Positions 9,156-18,216 of a DNA stretch of 64,000 bases are shown here, in pieces. A program made the position numbers and the translations under genes. The DNA is from Elusimicrobiota bacterium (lineage in GTDB: Bacteria; Elusimicrobiota; Elusimicrobia; F11), in the NCBI GenBank assembly GCA_044221725.1, contig JBGAON010000003.1:64001-128000 (forward strand). The letters run 5' to 3'. The notes under the pieces were generated by a model. That model worked only from the letters and a program-made list of their open reading frames with translations, was not told the DNA's origin and searched no databases. The stretch's first letter is position 1. Every line of letters begins with the position of its first letter.

Positions 9156-10904
9156 TTATTTTATCTCAAGCGTCGTTTTCAGTTTATCGACGGTGAAAAT
9201 CGGTAACGAACAACGTTTGTTCGCGCACACAAACGCCGCGGGTGTTTCAAGCGGTGGATATTGGACGTCCGGATTCATCAACGGTTTCCTGGCCGGATCC
9301 CAAAATTCCAACCGACGGTACGTGACCGGAAACGCCAGTCGCGCGGTCCTGAAAAGTTCGGTTGTTTTTGGGTTGGACGTCTTTCCTATAACGGTGACGT
9401 GCACCGGATCTTCGGCCATTTCCATTCCGGCCAACAAAATTCCCGATGGGGGCAATTTTTCGGCAACCGTCGGATGCGACAAATATTTCATCGCGTGTTC
9501 GGCCGCCGCTCGATACGCGTTGTTGCCCGTGTAATGCGTGAGGAGGTTAAAGAACCGCACCGCCGAAATATTTTCATCGCGCTGCGGTCGTGCTGAAAGC
9601 CCGGCCGTTCCGAATTGTGACGACAGAAAGCCATTGCTGGGCTGTTTAAACCTCGCGATAATAAAATCGCCGGCATCGCGCGCGTGGACGAGCCAATCGC
9701 GGTCTCCGGTCACCGAGTAAAGTTGCACGAAAGCGCGCGCCATGGCGAGCGTGTCCGCCAAATACGGGCCCGCCGCGTCCTGTTCATCGTGACGAAAACC
9801 ACCATTGGGCAGCGAGCGGTTCTTCTCAATCCAAGCGGCGGCTTGCTTCGCTTGATTCAGTGCGGTTTCGTCGTTCGTCACGCAATAGTAAGCCACGATC
9901 GCTTCGATCGCCCAACCGTTCTCACGAGCGTAAATGTGCTTATCGGTTGCCGGCATTCCGATTTTACGGCGTTCTTTGTCGGACTTTTTGAAATACGCAC
10001 TGCTGTGTTCACCGCGCACAACATCAGCGTCCTGGCTTGTGTAAAACGCGCCCTCCGGACTCAGCAGAAATTTTGTGAGGAACCGATAGATGTCGGTCGC
10101 GGACTTTAAGTCCGCAGGCCGCTTCCATAGCAAATAAGCCAGCGCGTACATTTTTAGATCGTTCGCCTGGTAGTAGATGATCTTTTCGAAATGCGGCTCG
10201 TCCCACCGCCCGCCCGTCGAATATTGATACACGCCGCCCCAAACCGGGTCAATCAACGCGCGCGCGGCATCGAGGGTCTGGGTTGCCATTCCCATCGCTT
10301 TGCGGTCGCCCTTCCACGACAAAATGAGAGCGTGTTCCATCAGATCGGGATCCATAAATTTGTGGCCGGTGCCCCAGCCGCCAAATTTTTCGTCGTACGT
10401 ATCAAAAAAACTTTTTTCAAGGCGCGCGCGCAAATCGGACGACAGCGTTGAGGCGTTCGACGCTTCACTCGTCGGCTCGGTCGTAACGGAAGGTCCTGGC
10501 GTCGGGTCGTCCACAAACGCTTTTAACATCGAGCGCATCTCAGCCGGTTCGATATACCCGGCGCGCTTCGCGAGCTCTTCGCCTTTCGAATTAAAGATGA
10601 TCGTGGCGGGCCAACCATAATCTTCATATCGGTTCGACAGGTCCGGGCGGGAATCCTGATCAACGCGAACCGAAATGTAATTGGACGCGAGCAATTCGCG
10701 CACCTTTGGATCGCTGTAGGTTTTCTCGTCCATCACGTGGCACCAGTGACACCACACCGCTTCCAAATCCAGCAGCACGAGTTTGTTCTCTTTTTGCGCG
10801 ATCTCGAAAATATCGCCGGACCACGACTGCCACTTCACGGGCGCTGCGAAGGCCCCGGTGGCCATGAACATGAGCGCACAAACAATTAATTTTTTACGGT
10901 TCAT
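9156..10904 (-). CDS. Secreted DUF255/YyaL-like thioredoxin plus alpha/alpha-barrel protein
   Basis: WCHWCHVMD, DSRPDL, GWPAT, PHFEK and AFYTSQDAD; signal peptide if the start is ATG 10904. Confidence 0.88.
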   Translation of the reverse strand: MNRKKLIVCALMFMATGAFAAPVKWQSWSGDIFEIAQKENKLVLLDLEAVWCHWCHVMDEKTYSDPKVRELLASNYISVRVDQDSRPDLSNRYEDYGWPATIIFNSKGEELAKRAGYIEPAEMRSMLKAFVDDPTPGPSVTTEPTSEASNASTLSSDLRARLEKSFFDTYDEKFGGWGTGHKFMDPDLMEHALILSWKGDRKAMGMATQTLDAARALIDPVWGGVYQYSTGGRWDEPHFEKIIYYQANDLKMYALAYLLWKRPADLKSATDIYRFLTKFLLSPEGAFYTSQDADVVRGEHSSAYFKKSDKERRKIGMPATDKHIYARENGWAIEAIVAYYCVTNDETALNQAKQAAAWIEKNRSLPNGGFRHDEQDAAGPYLADTLAMARAFVQLYSVTGDRDWLVHARDAGDFIIARFKQPSNGFLSSQFGTAGLSARPQRDENISAVRFFNLLTHYTGNNAYRAAAEHAMKYLSHPTVAEKLPPSGILLAGMEMAEDPVHVTVIGKTSNPKTTELFRTARLAFPVTYRRLEFWDPARKPLMNPDVQYPPLETPAAFVCANKRCSLPIFTVDKLKTTLEIK

Positions 10905-10920
10905 TCGATTTCCTATAGCG

Positions 10921-10952
10921 TGATACGCCGAGGCGTTGGATTTGGATTCATT
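10921..10952 (-). promoter_or_regulatory. Putative ECF promoter AATGAATCC-N15-GCGTATCA, copy before the DUF255-precursor-MNIO operon
   Basis: Both boxes and their spacing are identical to the copy at 12336-12367. Confidence 0.7.
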
Positions 10953-11787
10953 TGAAATGACTCGCAAGCGCTGCAACTTCGTCGTCCGTGTGATCTTGCA
11001 GCGACCCCGCACGGGCGTTGATTTCGCTATTAACTTTTGTGGTCACGACCGCTTTGTGATGCGTCGCTTCAAGATCCTGCGAGAAATTTGCACCCGAGAG
11101 AACAATGTGGCCCGTGCAAATGCAAACGTAGGTTTCGTTCGGCTCGTCGGTCTCCACAAAAAATCCAGTGCCGAGCGCTTTTGTTTTAAGAATCGGTGTG
11201 ATGACCGCGTAACGCGTTCCGGTTTTGACCAAGCTAATCGCGCCGCCGCGGTCCAAGTGAACGTCGAAGCCGTTCGGTGTGGACCGCACAAACAAATTGG
11301 AGTTGGGTTTCACCTTGATGAGCACGCGATCGGACAGCCACACTTCCGTTGTCCCCGTCGCGTTCGTAGTGAGGTGTTGCCCCTCGCGCAACAATCCGTT
11401 TGCCGCGGTGCTCCTATTATTAATGCGCACGTCTCCGTTTAACTCAGAAATATGACCAACGGCCGCCGGCTTAATGAGCGTGGGCAGAAGGATCGCGAGC
11501 AACGCGCACGCGGCCAGCGCGAACAGGAATTGGCTCTGCCACCAAAAACGTTTTGGTGCGGACGGTTTCTCAATGGCCGCAAAGATTCGTCCCTTGATGT
11601 GGGGCGGCGGTTGAACCGGTTCGGCCGTGCCGGCCATTTGAGTGGCCACACTGGCAAACAGTTCTTTCGTTGAGCGGCAGGCGTTGCATCCCGCAGCCAA
11701 GTGCGATTGCAGCGCCACGCGATCGGCGGGGGACAACGCACCCAGCGCGTCGGCGGCCAAAAGTTCTTCGATCTGTTCGTGACTCAT
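10948..11787 (-). CDS. Anti-sigma factor: RskA-like zinc-finger N-terminus, TM, FecR-like periplasmic domain
   Basis: ELLAADALGAL...HLAAGCNAC, PPPHIK, TM, then VITPILKTKALGTGFFV; overlaps the sigma stop. Confidence 0.8.
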   Translation of the reverse strand: MSHEQIEELLAADALGALSPADRVALQSHLAAGCNACRSTKELFASVATQMAGTAEPVQPPPHIKGRIFAAIEKPSAPKRFWWQSQFLFALAACALLAILLPTLIKPAAVGHISELNGDVRINNRSTAANGLLREGQHLTTNATGTTEVWLSDRVLIKVKPNSNLFVRSTPNGFDVHLDRGGAISLVKTGTRYAVITPILKTKALGTGFFVETDEPNETYVCICTGHIVLSGANFSQDLEATHHKAVVTTKVNSEINARAGSLQDHTDDEVAALASHFK

Positions 11788-12320
11788 GCCACTTCGACCT
11801 CCTTTTTCAGGAGTTCCGCGAGTTTCAGCATGCCAAGGCGCATGCGCGTTTTAACGGTTCCAAGAGGTTCATTAAATTGGTCGGCGATTTCCTGCTGTGT
11901 GAGGCCGGCGAAATAAGCGGCATCAATGACTTTGCGTTGCGCTTCCGGCAAACGGGCGAGCGCCTCGCGAACACGTTGGGACGACAATTTCGCGTCAACT
12001 TGCGCATCGATTGCGAGCAAGCCGTCCCCAACATCGTGCCCGGCGTCATCATCGCTGCCCGTGAGTGTAACAGGCACATGATTTTTACGGCGACGCAACA
12101 CGTCAATGCACCGGTTTCGCACAAACACATAGAGCCACGTCGAAATGCGACCGATGCTCGCGTCGAACTCTTCCGCGTGATTCCATAACGACACAAACGC
12201 GTGTTGCACCACGTCTTCGGCCTCCGTGCGATTGCCCAGCATTCGGCACGCCAGACCGTACGCGGTCGGCGCGCACTGGTCGTAGATGTCCGCGAATTTT
12301 TCCTTGTCGATGTTAGGCAA
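11784..12320 (-). CDS. ECF sigma factor (SigK-like)
   Basis: AEDVVQHAFVSLW and YFAGLTQQEIA...PLGTVKTRMRLG; TTG start with RBS aggag. Confidence 0.92.
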   Translation of the reverse strand: MPNIDKEKFADIYDQCAPTAYGLACRMLGNRTEAEDVVQHAFVSLWNHAEEFDASIGRISTWLYVFVRNRCIDVLRRRKNHVPVTLTGSDDDAGHDVGDGLLAIDAQVDAKLSSQRVREALARLPEAQRKVIDAAYFAGLTQQEIADQFNEPLGTVKTRMRLGMLKLAELLKKEVEVA

Positions 12321-12335
12321 ACGCTCTCCTGAAAA

Positions 12336-12367
12336 TGATACGCGGCATTAGAATTTTCGGATTCATT
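12336..12367 (-). promoter_or_regulatory. Putative autoregulatory ECF promoter AATGAATCC-N15-GCGTATCA
   Basis: Duplicate of the motif at 10921-10952, directly upstream of the sigma RBS. Confidence 0.7.
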
Positions 12368-13430
12368 CAGGCCTGGCGTCGAGCATCTGGCGGCGAACGA
12401 GTTCCATTCGCAAATACGTGAAGAATGTGTCAATCGGAACGCGCGCGAAGAAAAGAAACGGCAGGAACACGATTAAACCCAGGACGAGCATCAAACCAAT
12501 GACCAGCGCCTTGTGGCTGGCCAGCGCCGCCACAAGGACCGCCATTAAACCCCCGACGAGCACGAACGGAAGGATGAGCGCCAACATTAATAGCGCCATT
12601 CCCGTTTCGAGCACGACGGCCGCAAACGCATAAAAGCCGGTGAACAAGATAGCGCGTCCGATGTGACCGAACGCCCAATTCATCACGGAACCGAGCGCGG
12701 CCGGCGCCGACTGTGATCGGAGGAACATAACCACCGGCACGAATCGAAGCAGCAAGAATAACACCGTGGACATCGCGATCAAAAACAGAAATCCGACGAT
12801 CCCGCTTAACACTGTTGCGATCGGGTGAAGTTTGATAAGAGCCGCGAACTCATGAAAACGAGAAACGGCCAGGAAAACGGTTGACGCGAACGCCAGCAGC
12901 GACACGGCGGCGAGGCCCAGATGGAGCCAAAACAAAGATTCGCCCGATTCTCGGTCGGTGTTCCAACGCGACCGAATAGAAACTCGATTTTCCTCAAGGG
13001 ATCTTAGCAGCACAAACTGCAAGCGACACGTGAGCCACAAGAACATCGCGGACAACAATAGGATGATGCTGAGCACAAGCGCCGCTAACGTCAAGATCAA
13101 ACGCCGATTTTCGTTCCAAAGTGTGCGTACCCAGGCGAGCGATTGATTCACTCGTACTCGGATCGCTTCGCGGGGGTTGGCGTTTGTCGACGTCGGTGTC
13201 GAAGCGGACACGTTTGTGGTTTGGATATTCGATTTTGACGCCGCGGTTCGACCGGCGCCGAAGTTCGAAGCTGGAGCGCGGAAATTGAAAGCGGAGAAGG
13301 AGCCGGTCACCAGAAACAGAAGTGCGAGGCGCGCCCAAATTCCGAAATGGAAAGGCCACAATAAATTTTTGGAGCGCTGAAATGCCTGTGTGCAGAGATC
13401 ACTGAACAGATCAATCACGCGGCGGAGCAT
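12363..13430 (-). CDS. Multi-pass membrane protein of unknown function
   Basis: 355 aa with about six hydrophobic segments. Confidence 0.7.
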   Translation of the reverse strand: MLRRVIDLFSDLCTQAFQRSKNLLWPFHFGIWARLALLFLVTGSFSAFNFRAPASNFGAGRTAASKSNIQTTNVSASTPTSTNANPREAIRVRVNQSLAWVRTLWNENRRLILTLAALVLSIILLLSAMFLWLTCRLQFVLLRSLEENRVSIRSRWNTDRESGESLFWLHLGLAAVSLLAFASTVFLAVSRFHEFAALIKLHPIATVLSGIVGFLFLIAMSTVLFLLLRFVPVVMFLRSQSAPAALGSVMNWAFGHIGRAILFTGFYAFAAVVLETGMALLMLALILPFVLVGGLMAVLVAALASHKALVIGLMLVLGLIVFLPFLFFARVPIDTFFTYLRMELVRRQMLDARPE

Positions 13431-13499
13431 ATAAAAATCCCGCTGCGTTTAACGCAGATTTAAATCGAATCCTTGCGTGGAATTACCCCGATCTGCTAA

Positions 13500-14603
13500 A
13501 TGGAATTAACACCCCATATTCTTCGTACGAGGAGACCCTATCTGGGCAAGAAATCAGTTCTCATCACCGGCGGAGCCGGATTTATCGGTAGCAATTGCGC
13601 GGTTGGATTTTTAAAAAAAGGTTGGAACGTTACGGTGTTCGACAACTTGTCCCGCAAGGGCGCATCGAACAATCTCGAATGGGCGCGTACGTTTGGTGAC
13701 ATTGATTTTGTCTTCGGCGATGTTCGCAGCGAAGAGGCGATGGCCGAAGCCTTCCAGAACAAAAAATACGATTTGGTGTTGCACTTGGCCGCTCAAGTGG
13801 CGGTTACCACCTCTGTTGAAAAACCGCGCGAAGACTTCGAAATCAATGCGCTTGGCACATTTAATCTTCTCGAGCATGTTCGTCTCAACAATCCGGAAGC
13901 GTTTGTTATTTATTCTTCGACAAACAAGGTCTACGGCAAGATGGACGGCGTTGGTGTGAAAGAGAACGCCACGCGCTATGAATACAAAGATCAGCCGCTG
14001 GGTATTCCGGAGACCGCACCCCTTGATTTCTACTCACCGTACGGCTGTTCGAAAGGGTCGGCCGATCAATATGTTTTGGATTACGGCCGAATCTATGGAC
14101 TTAAAACCTGCGCGATGCGCCAGTCGTGCATTTACGGTTACCGTCAGTTTGGCACCGAAGATCAGGGCTGGGTGGCGTGGTTTATTATCGCGACCAATTT
14201 GAAACGGCCCGTCACCATCTACGGCGATGGCAAACAGGTGCGCGACGTTTTGTTTGTCGATGATTTGGCGGACGCGTACGAAGCGGCGTATTTGAATCAG
14301 TCAAAGGCCGCGGGCCAGTCGTACAACATCGGCGGCGGGCCGGCCAACACGTTGTCGTTATTGGAGTTGATTGCGAATTTGGAAAAGAATCAGGGTCAAA
14401 AAATCGCCACCTCGTTCGGTGGCTGGCGGCCCGGCGATCAGAAGGTCTACATCTCTGATATTCGCAAAGCGAAGAAAGATTTTGGTTGGGAACCGAAGAT
14501 CAATGTCGAAAGTGGTCTTAAAAAACTGAACGCCTGGGTTCTTGAAAACAAAGGTCTTTTCGAGACAAAAACCGATGCTGTACATACTACTTCCAGTATT
14601 TAA
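13500..14603 (+). CDS. NAD-dependent epimerase, CDP-paratose/tyvelose 2-epimerase (RfbE)-like
   Basis: ITGGAGFIGS, SSTNKVYG, YGCSK, DQGWVAWF and WRPGDQ; start uncertain. Confidence 0.88.
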   Translation: MELTPHILRTRRPYLGKKSVLITGGAGFIGSNCAVGFLKKGWNVTVFDNLSRKGASNNLEWARTFGDIDFVFGDVRSEEAMAEAFQNKKYDLVLHLAAQVAVTTSVEKPREDFEINALGTFNLLEHVRLNNPEAFVIYSSTNKVYGKMDGVGVKENATRYEYKDQPLGIPETAPLDFYSPYGCSKGSADQYVLDYGRIYGLKTCAMRQSCIYGYRQFGTEDQGWVAWFIIATNLKRPVTIYGDGKQVRDVLFVDDLADAYEAAYLNQSKAAGQSYNIGGGPANTLSLLELIANLEKNQGQKIATSFGGWRPGDQKVYISDIRKAKKDFGWEPKINVESGLKKLNAWVLENKGLFETKTDAVHTTSSI

Positions 14604-15390
14604 CGAAGAAGCGCACATTCGTCAGCTGATCGCGGACATCGACGGTGTCCTCGGCAATCAGCCGCACGAAATTGTGGTTGTAAACGATGGGAGTCTCGAC
14701 CAGACCGCGCAAATTATCGAACGGCTGGAAAATCCGCATGTCACCGTGCTTTCTCACAACATCAACCTGTCGATTGGCGCTGTTTATTCGACCGGAATCA
14801 ATTACATCACGCAGAAAAGCGCCGACGACGACGTGATGGTGCTCATGGAATCCGATCTTACGAGCCCAGCGTCCATGATTAAAAATCTTGCGGGCGGCAT
14901 TTCGGAAAATGGTCACGATATTGCGATCGCCAGCCGGTACTTGGACAAAGGTGGGTACGAAAGTTTTCCCGTGCTGCGCACCAGTCTCAGCCTCGGCGCC
15001 AATTCTTTGATGCGTTACTTCTTTCCTATCAATAACGTGCGCGATTACACAATTTTCTTGCGCGGCTATCGCGTGGGACTTCTTAAAAAGGTTTCGGCGT
15101 TTTTCGGGGCGACCAATTTGCTGCAAAGCAAAGGGTTCGTGAGCAACGCCGAACTGCTGATCAAATGCGCTCTTTTCACAAATAAGATTCAAGAAATTCC
15201 GTTCCTGTACAACTACGCGAAAAAGAAAAACCCGAGCAAGTTGCGCATCATCGGCACCGTTCTCGAGTATTTCAGTTTCATTTTTTACATGCGCGAAATC
15301 ATCAATAAAGTGAAACTGCGTCGTTCCCGCGCGCTCGCCAACGAAGCGCTGCAGACGAAGAAAGAAATTCCGACCGAATTCGTTCGCTAA
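14575..15390 (+). CDS. GT2 polyprenol-phosphate glycosyltransferase
   Basis: LLPVFNEE, VNDGSLD, IASRY and VRDYT. Confidence 0.88.
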   Translation: MLYILLPVFNEEAHIRQLIADIDGVLGNQPHEIVVVNDGSLDQTAQIIERLENPHVTVLSHNINLSIGAVYSTGINYITQKSADDDVMVLMESDLTSPASMIKNLAGGISENGHDIAIASRYLDKGGYESFPVLRTSLSLGANSLMRYFFPINNVRDYTIFLRGYRVGLLKKVSAFFGATNLLQSKGFVSNAELLIKCALFTNKIQEIPFLYNYAKKKNPSKLRIIGTVLEYFSFIFYMREIINKVKLRRSRALANEALQTKKEIPTEFVR

Positions 15391-15402
15391 TTTAGCGATC
15401 CA

Positions 15403-17325
15403 ATGAACCTCACCGAATCAAGAACCTTTCGACAAACATTTGCGCAGCCGCGTGCGGAGCTGCCCTGGTGGAATCGCTACGGCCAGTGGATTCTGTTCGG
15501 CGTGTTTTTTGTCGCCTACGAAGTGGCGGCGGCGAAAATTCCATTAACGCCTCGCTTCGCGACATTTCCGGATTGGAGTCCATATCTGCGAAACACACTT
15601 CACCTGATGCACTTCGAGGCGCCGGAAATGTTTTGGCCTTTTGGTTACAGCCTCTTCCTCGGACCTTTCCTAGGTCCGGCGTCCCAAAATTATGAATTGA
15701 ACCTGCGCGGACTTTTAATTTTTCAAAGCATCTCGATTCCATGTTGTATCGCGTCCGTCGGTTATGCAATTCGATCGTCGATGCCGTTGTCCTGGAGCAA
15801 TTCGTCCAAACTCATTTTTTCTGCGGTTTTCTACACGTTCTTTGTTTTTTACGAATCCTCGTATTTGTACGCGCACAATGTGGGCATTGATACCGGCTAC
15901 TTGATCATGTCGTGCGCCGCGATTTTCTGTTTCGTGAAATTGTTGGAAACCGAACAAGTGAGATGGGCCGTTGGACTTTGCGTAACTTCAATTGTCGCCT
16001 ATTACATTCGTCACATCATCATGCCGGTGTTGTTCGTGTGGTTGCTGGGTTTTTATTTTTTGCACCGCACCCAGCGTAGGTTTAGAATCGCCGCCGCAAC
16101 TTTCGTTTTGTTTGCGCTCGCGGCACCGTTTGTTATCGGACTGATTAACCTGCATGAGTTTGGGCGTTTCCACGCTTCCTTTCTCACCGGATGGTTTGAC
16201 CTCGCGGAATACAACAGCGATAAAGCGGGCGGATATTTTTACGATCCGGAGAACACGTACAGCCACGACACGTTTTTGCAGGGTTTTCAATACGCGACGG
16301 CCGATGTGGCGGGCTTCGAACAATTTAATGATTTCGAGAAGGCGGAGGTATTTAAGAGTTGGGCCGTGCCTTGGATTAAGTCGCATCCGAAGAAATACGC
16401 GGTGCTTTGTGTAAAGCGGCTTTACAACGTCATGCTGAGCACGAACAACAACGACGCATCGCGGCCGCTCAAAGAGTTGATTCAATATCGCACCGTTTCG
16501 TTTATCGAGCTCCGGTATTACGTTCTGGCCCTCCTTATTGTGTTTGCGTTGGTCCACGGAAAGCGATCATGGCCGCTCGCCGTTTTTATCGGCATGCATC
16601 TATTGTTCTTTGCCGCTATATTTTCACGGCCGCGGCACCGGTGGGGATTCGAATACGCGCTCATCGGTGTTTGTCTGTATGCGATGGTTGACCTCGCTAG
16701 AGCGGCGTGGAATGTTGTTCGACGGTCCGAAAAGCCGACGTTCGCTCGCGTTGGTGCCGTCGTTTTTGCGGCGTTGGCGGTGGGGGGCATTCGTTTGTGG
16801 GCAGACCCGCTTCACAAGTTTCAGCGCATGCTGCGCGCAACGGAATTCCAGGAAATTCCGCACGCGGTCACGAACGGTTCGTTCGAAGATGCGTTGGCCG
16901 ATTGGACGTCTCCCGGAAATTGTTCCGGTACCGAACGGCCTGACGATCTTGGATCGACCGTGACCATTGTGTCAGATGCGAGCGACGGAAAATCGGCCGT
17001 TCAATTAAGTGCGGTGAAACACATCTTGTGTATGGCTTCGGTTGTAAAGAATCTTGAGCCCAATCATCTCTATGAGCTGACGTACCGAACGAAAACTATT
17101 CAGGGGACCGAACCCGTCGTGTATTTGGACGGCGCCAGCGGGGGACTTACGCAGCGAAAGGGCCGCGACTCTGATCTGGAAAATGGCTGGAAGCAGAAAC
17201 AAGTTTTTTTCGTGACGCTCGCCGACGACAATTACGTAACGATCCACATTTATGCGGACGCCAAGCCGGATGGTTACACGACTGTCCTGTACGACAAGTT
17301 CACAATTTCAAAAGCAGTCTATTAA
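15403..17325 (+). CDS. Multi-TM GT-C-like protein with C-terminal carbohydrate-binding-like domain
   Basis: Many TMs, WPFGYSLFL and RPRHR; soluble tail starting VTNGSFE; follows a GT2 gene. Confidence 0.65.
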   Translation: MNLTESRTFRQTFAQPRAELPWWNRYGQWILFGVFFVAYEVAAAKIPLTPRFATFPDWSPYLRNTLHLMHFEAPEMFWPFGYSLFLGPFLGPASQNYELNLRGLLIFQSISIPCCIASVGYAIRSSMPLSWSNSSKLIFSAVFYTFFVFYESSYLYAHNVGIDTGYLIMSCAAIFCFVKLLETEQVRWAVGLCVTSIVAYYIRHIIMPVLFVWLLGFYFLHRTQRRFRIAAATFVLFALAAPFVIGLINLHEFGRFHASFLTGWFDLAEYNSDKAGGYFYDPENTYSHDTFLQGFQYATADVAGFEQFNDFEKAEVFKSWAVPWIKSHPKKYAVLCVKRLYNVMLSTNNNDASRPLKELIQYRTVSFIELRYYVLALLIVFALVHGKRSWPLAVFIGMHLLFFAAIFSRPRHRWGFEYALIGVCLYAMVDLARAAWNVVRRSEKPTFARVGAVVFAALAVGGIRLWADPLHKFQRMLRATEFQEIPHAVTNGSFEDALADWTSPGNCSGTERPDDLGSTVTIVSDASDGKSAVQLSAVKHILCMASVVKNLEPNHLYELTYRTKTIQGTEPVVYLDGASGGLTQRKGRDSDLENGWKQKQVFFVTLADDNYVTIHIYADAKPDGYTTVLYDKFTISKAVY

Positions 17326-17335
17326 CGAAGACCCG

Positions 17336-17677
17336 TTATTCGCGTTCGTTTAGGTTGGCATTCTCTTTCGCCCAGTAGGGGATTTCGAGAATGCACGAGC
17401 GCTTGAAGCGGAGCACGGCACCATTCGGAACCTCAGGCCAGTCCGACGCAACGGTTGACCGCGAAAGTGGAAGAACAGTTCCCGAAACCGTTCCATCTTC
17501 GTGAACCTGCGAAATTTTCATATTGATGAGCTCGCTATAACCCGTATCGTCGGATTTTACGTTAACACTGACCAAATTTCCGACGTTAACATCCGAGCGT
17601 AAAACCGAACCTTTCCATCCCGTGGTTTCGCCGGGCTTCGGTTCGTACACGTAAAAGTTAGACATCGATATTCCCAA
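17336..17677 (-). CDS. Hypothetical protein
   Basis: 113-aa ORF filling the gap, convergent on the GT-C gene; start uncertain. Confidence 0.5.
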   Translation of the reverse strand: MGISMSNFYVYEPKPGETTGWKGSVLRSDVNVGNLVSVNVKSDDTGYSELINMKISQVHEDGTVSGTVLPLSRSTVASDWPEVPNGAVLRFKRSCILEIPYWAKENANLNERE

Positions 17678-17971
17678 ACCGCTCTGGCCGCTTTGTCATC
17701 CGTTAGCTCCTTCATAAAAACGAATCGTTACGAGGGTGAAAAGAGTTGGTGAAAAATGACGTTTAATCACATTCCTCAATGAACGCATGCGATTAGAATG
17801 GCGTGATCCACTGAAATATTCAATGCGATTTTTCAAAAGCATTTGAATATTACCGAGATTTGTGGGCCGCAAAAACGATATTTTGCAACAGCCGGCGAAT
17901 ATTCGCCGTACAATCCAACAAGTTCTTATCGCAGGGCCCTTCACAATTTCAAATGCAATTTACTAGGATCC

Positions 17972-18142
17972 GGCCACACGCTTAATCGACGGCAACTTTG
18001 CCCGAGAGCGGGGAACCCAGGATGAAACATTCGTTGAGAATGCGCGAGTGTTGGGGTGAATGATCAAAGCGTCTTGCGAACTCGGATGCCACGAACTAGG
18101 GCCCTCCAGCCCGAACCCGACAGCTAACCCCGTCAGCCAACA
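17972..18142 (+). ncRNA. c-di-AMP (ydaO/yuaA) riboswitch
   Basis: Conserved blocks cgcttaatc, agcggggaaccca, ggggtgaat and agggc...gcccgaacccgacagctaaccccg, upstream of a KimA/YdaO-like gene. Confidence 0.9.
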
Positions 18143-18157
18143 AAGGAAGAGCCAATG

Positions 18158-18184
18158 CCAAAGAGCCTGCTCTTTGGTTTTTTT
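18158..18184 (+). terminator. Riboswitch expression-platform terminator
   Basis: ccaaagag-cctg-ctctttgg followed by T7. Confidence 0.85.
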
Positions 18185-18216
18185 GTGCCCATCCAATTCG
18201 TCAAAAGGAGAGTTGT

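Noticed and set aside
10905..11012. N-terminal extension of the DUF255 ORF in the track
   Set aside because: It overlaps the anti-sigma gene and the promoter motif; ATG 10904 gives a clean signal peptide.
17963..18196. 77-aa minus-strand ORF and overlapping 90-aa plus-strand ORF
   Set aside because: They overlap the c-di-AMP riboswitch and its terminator, which explain the sequence better.
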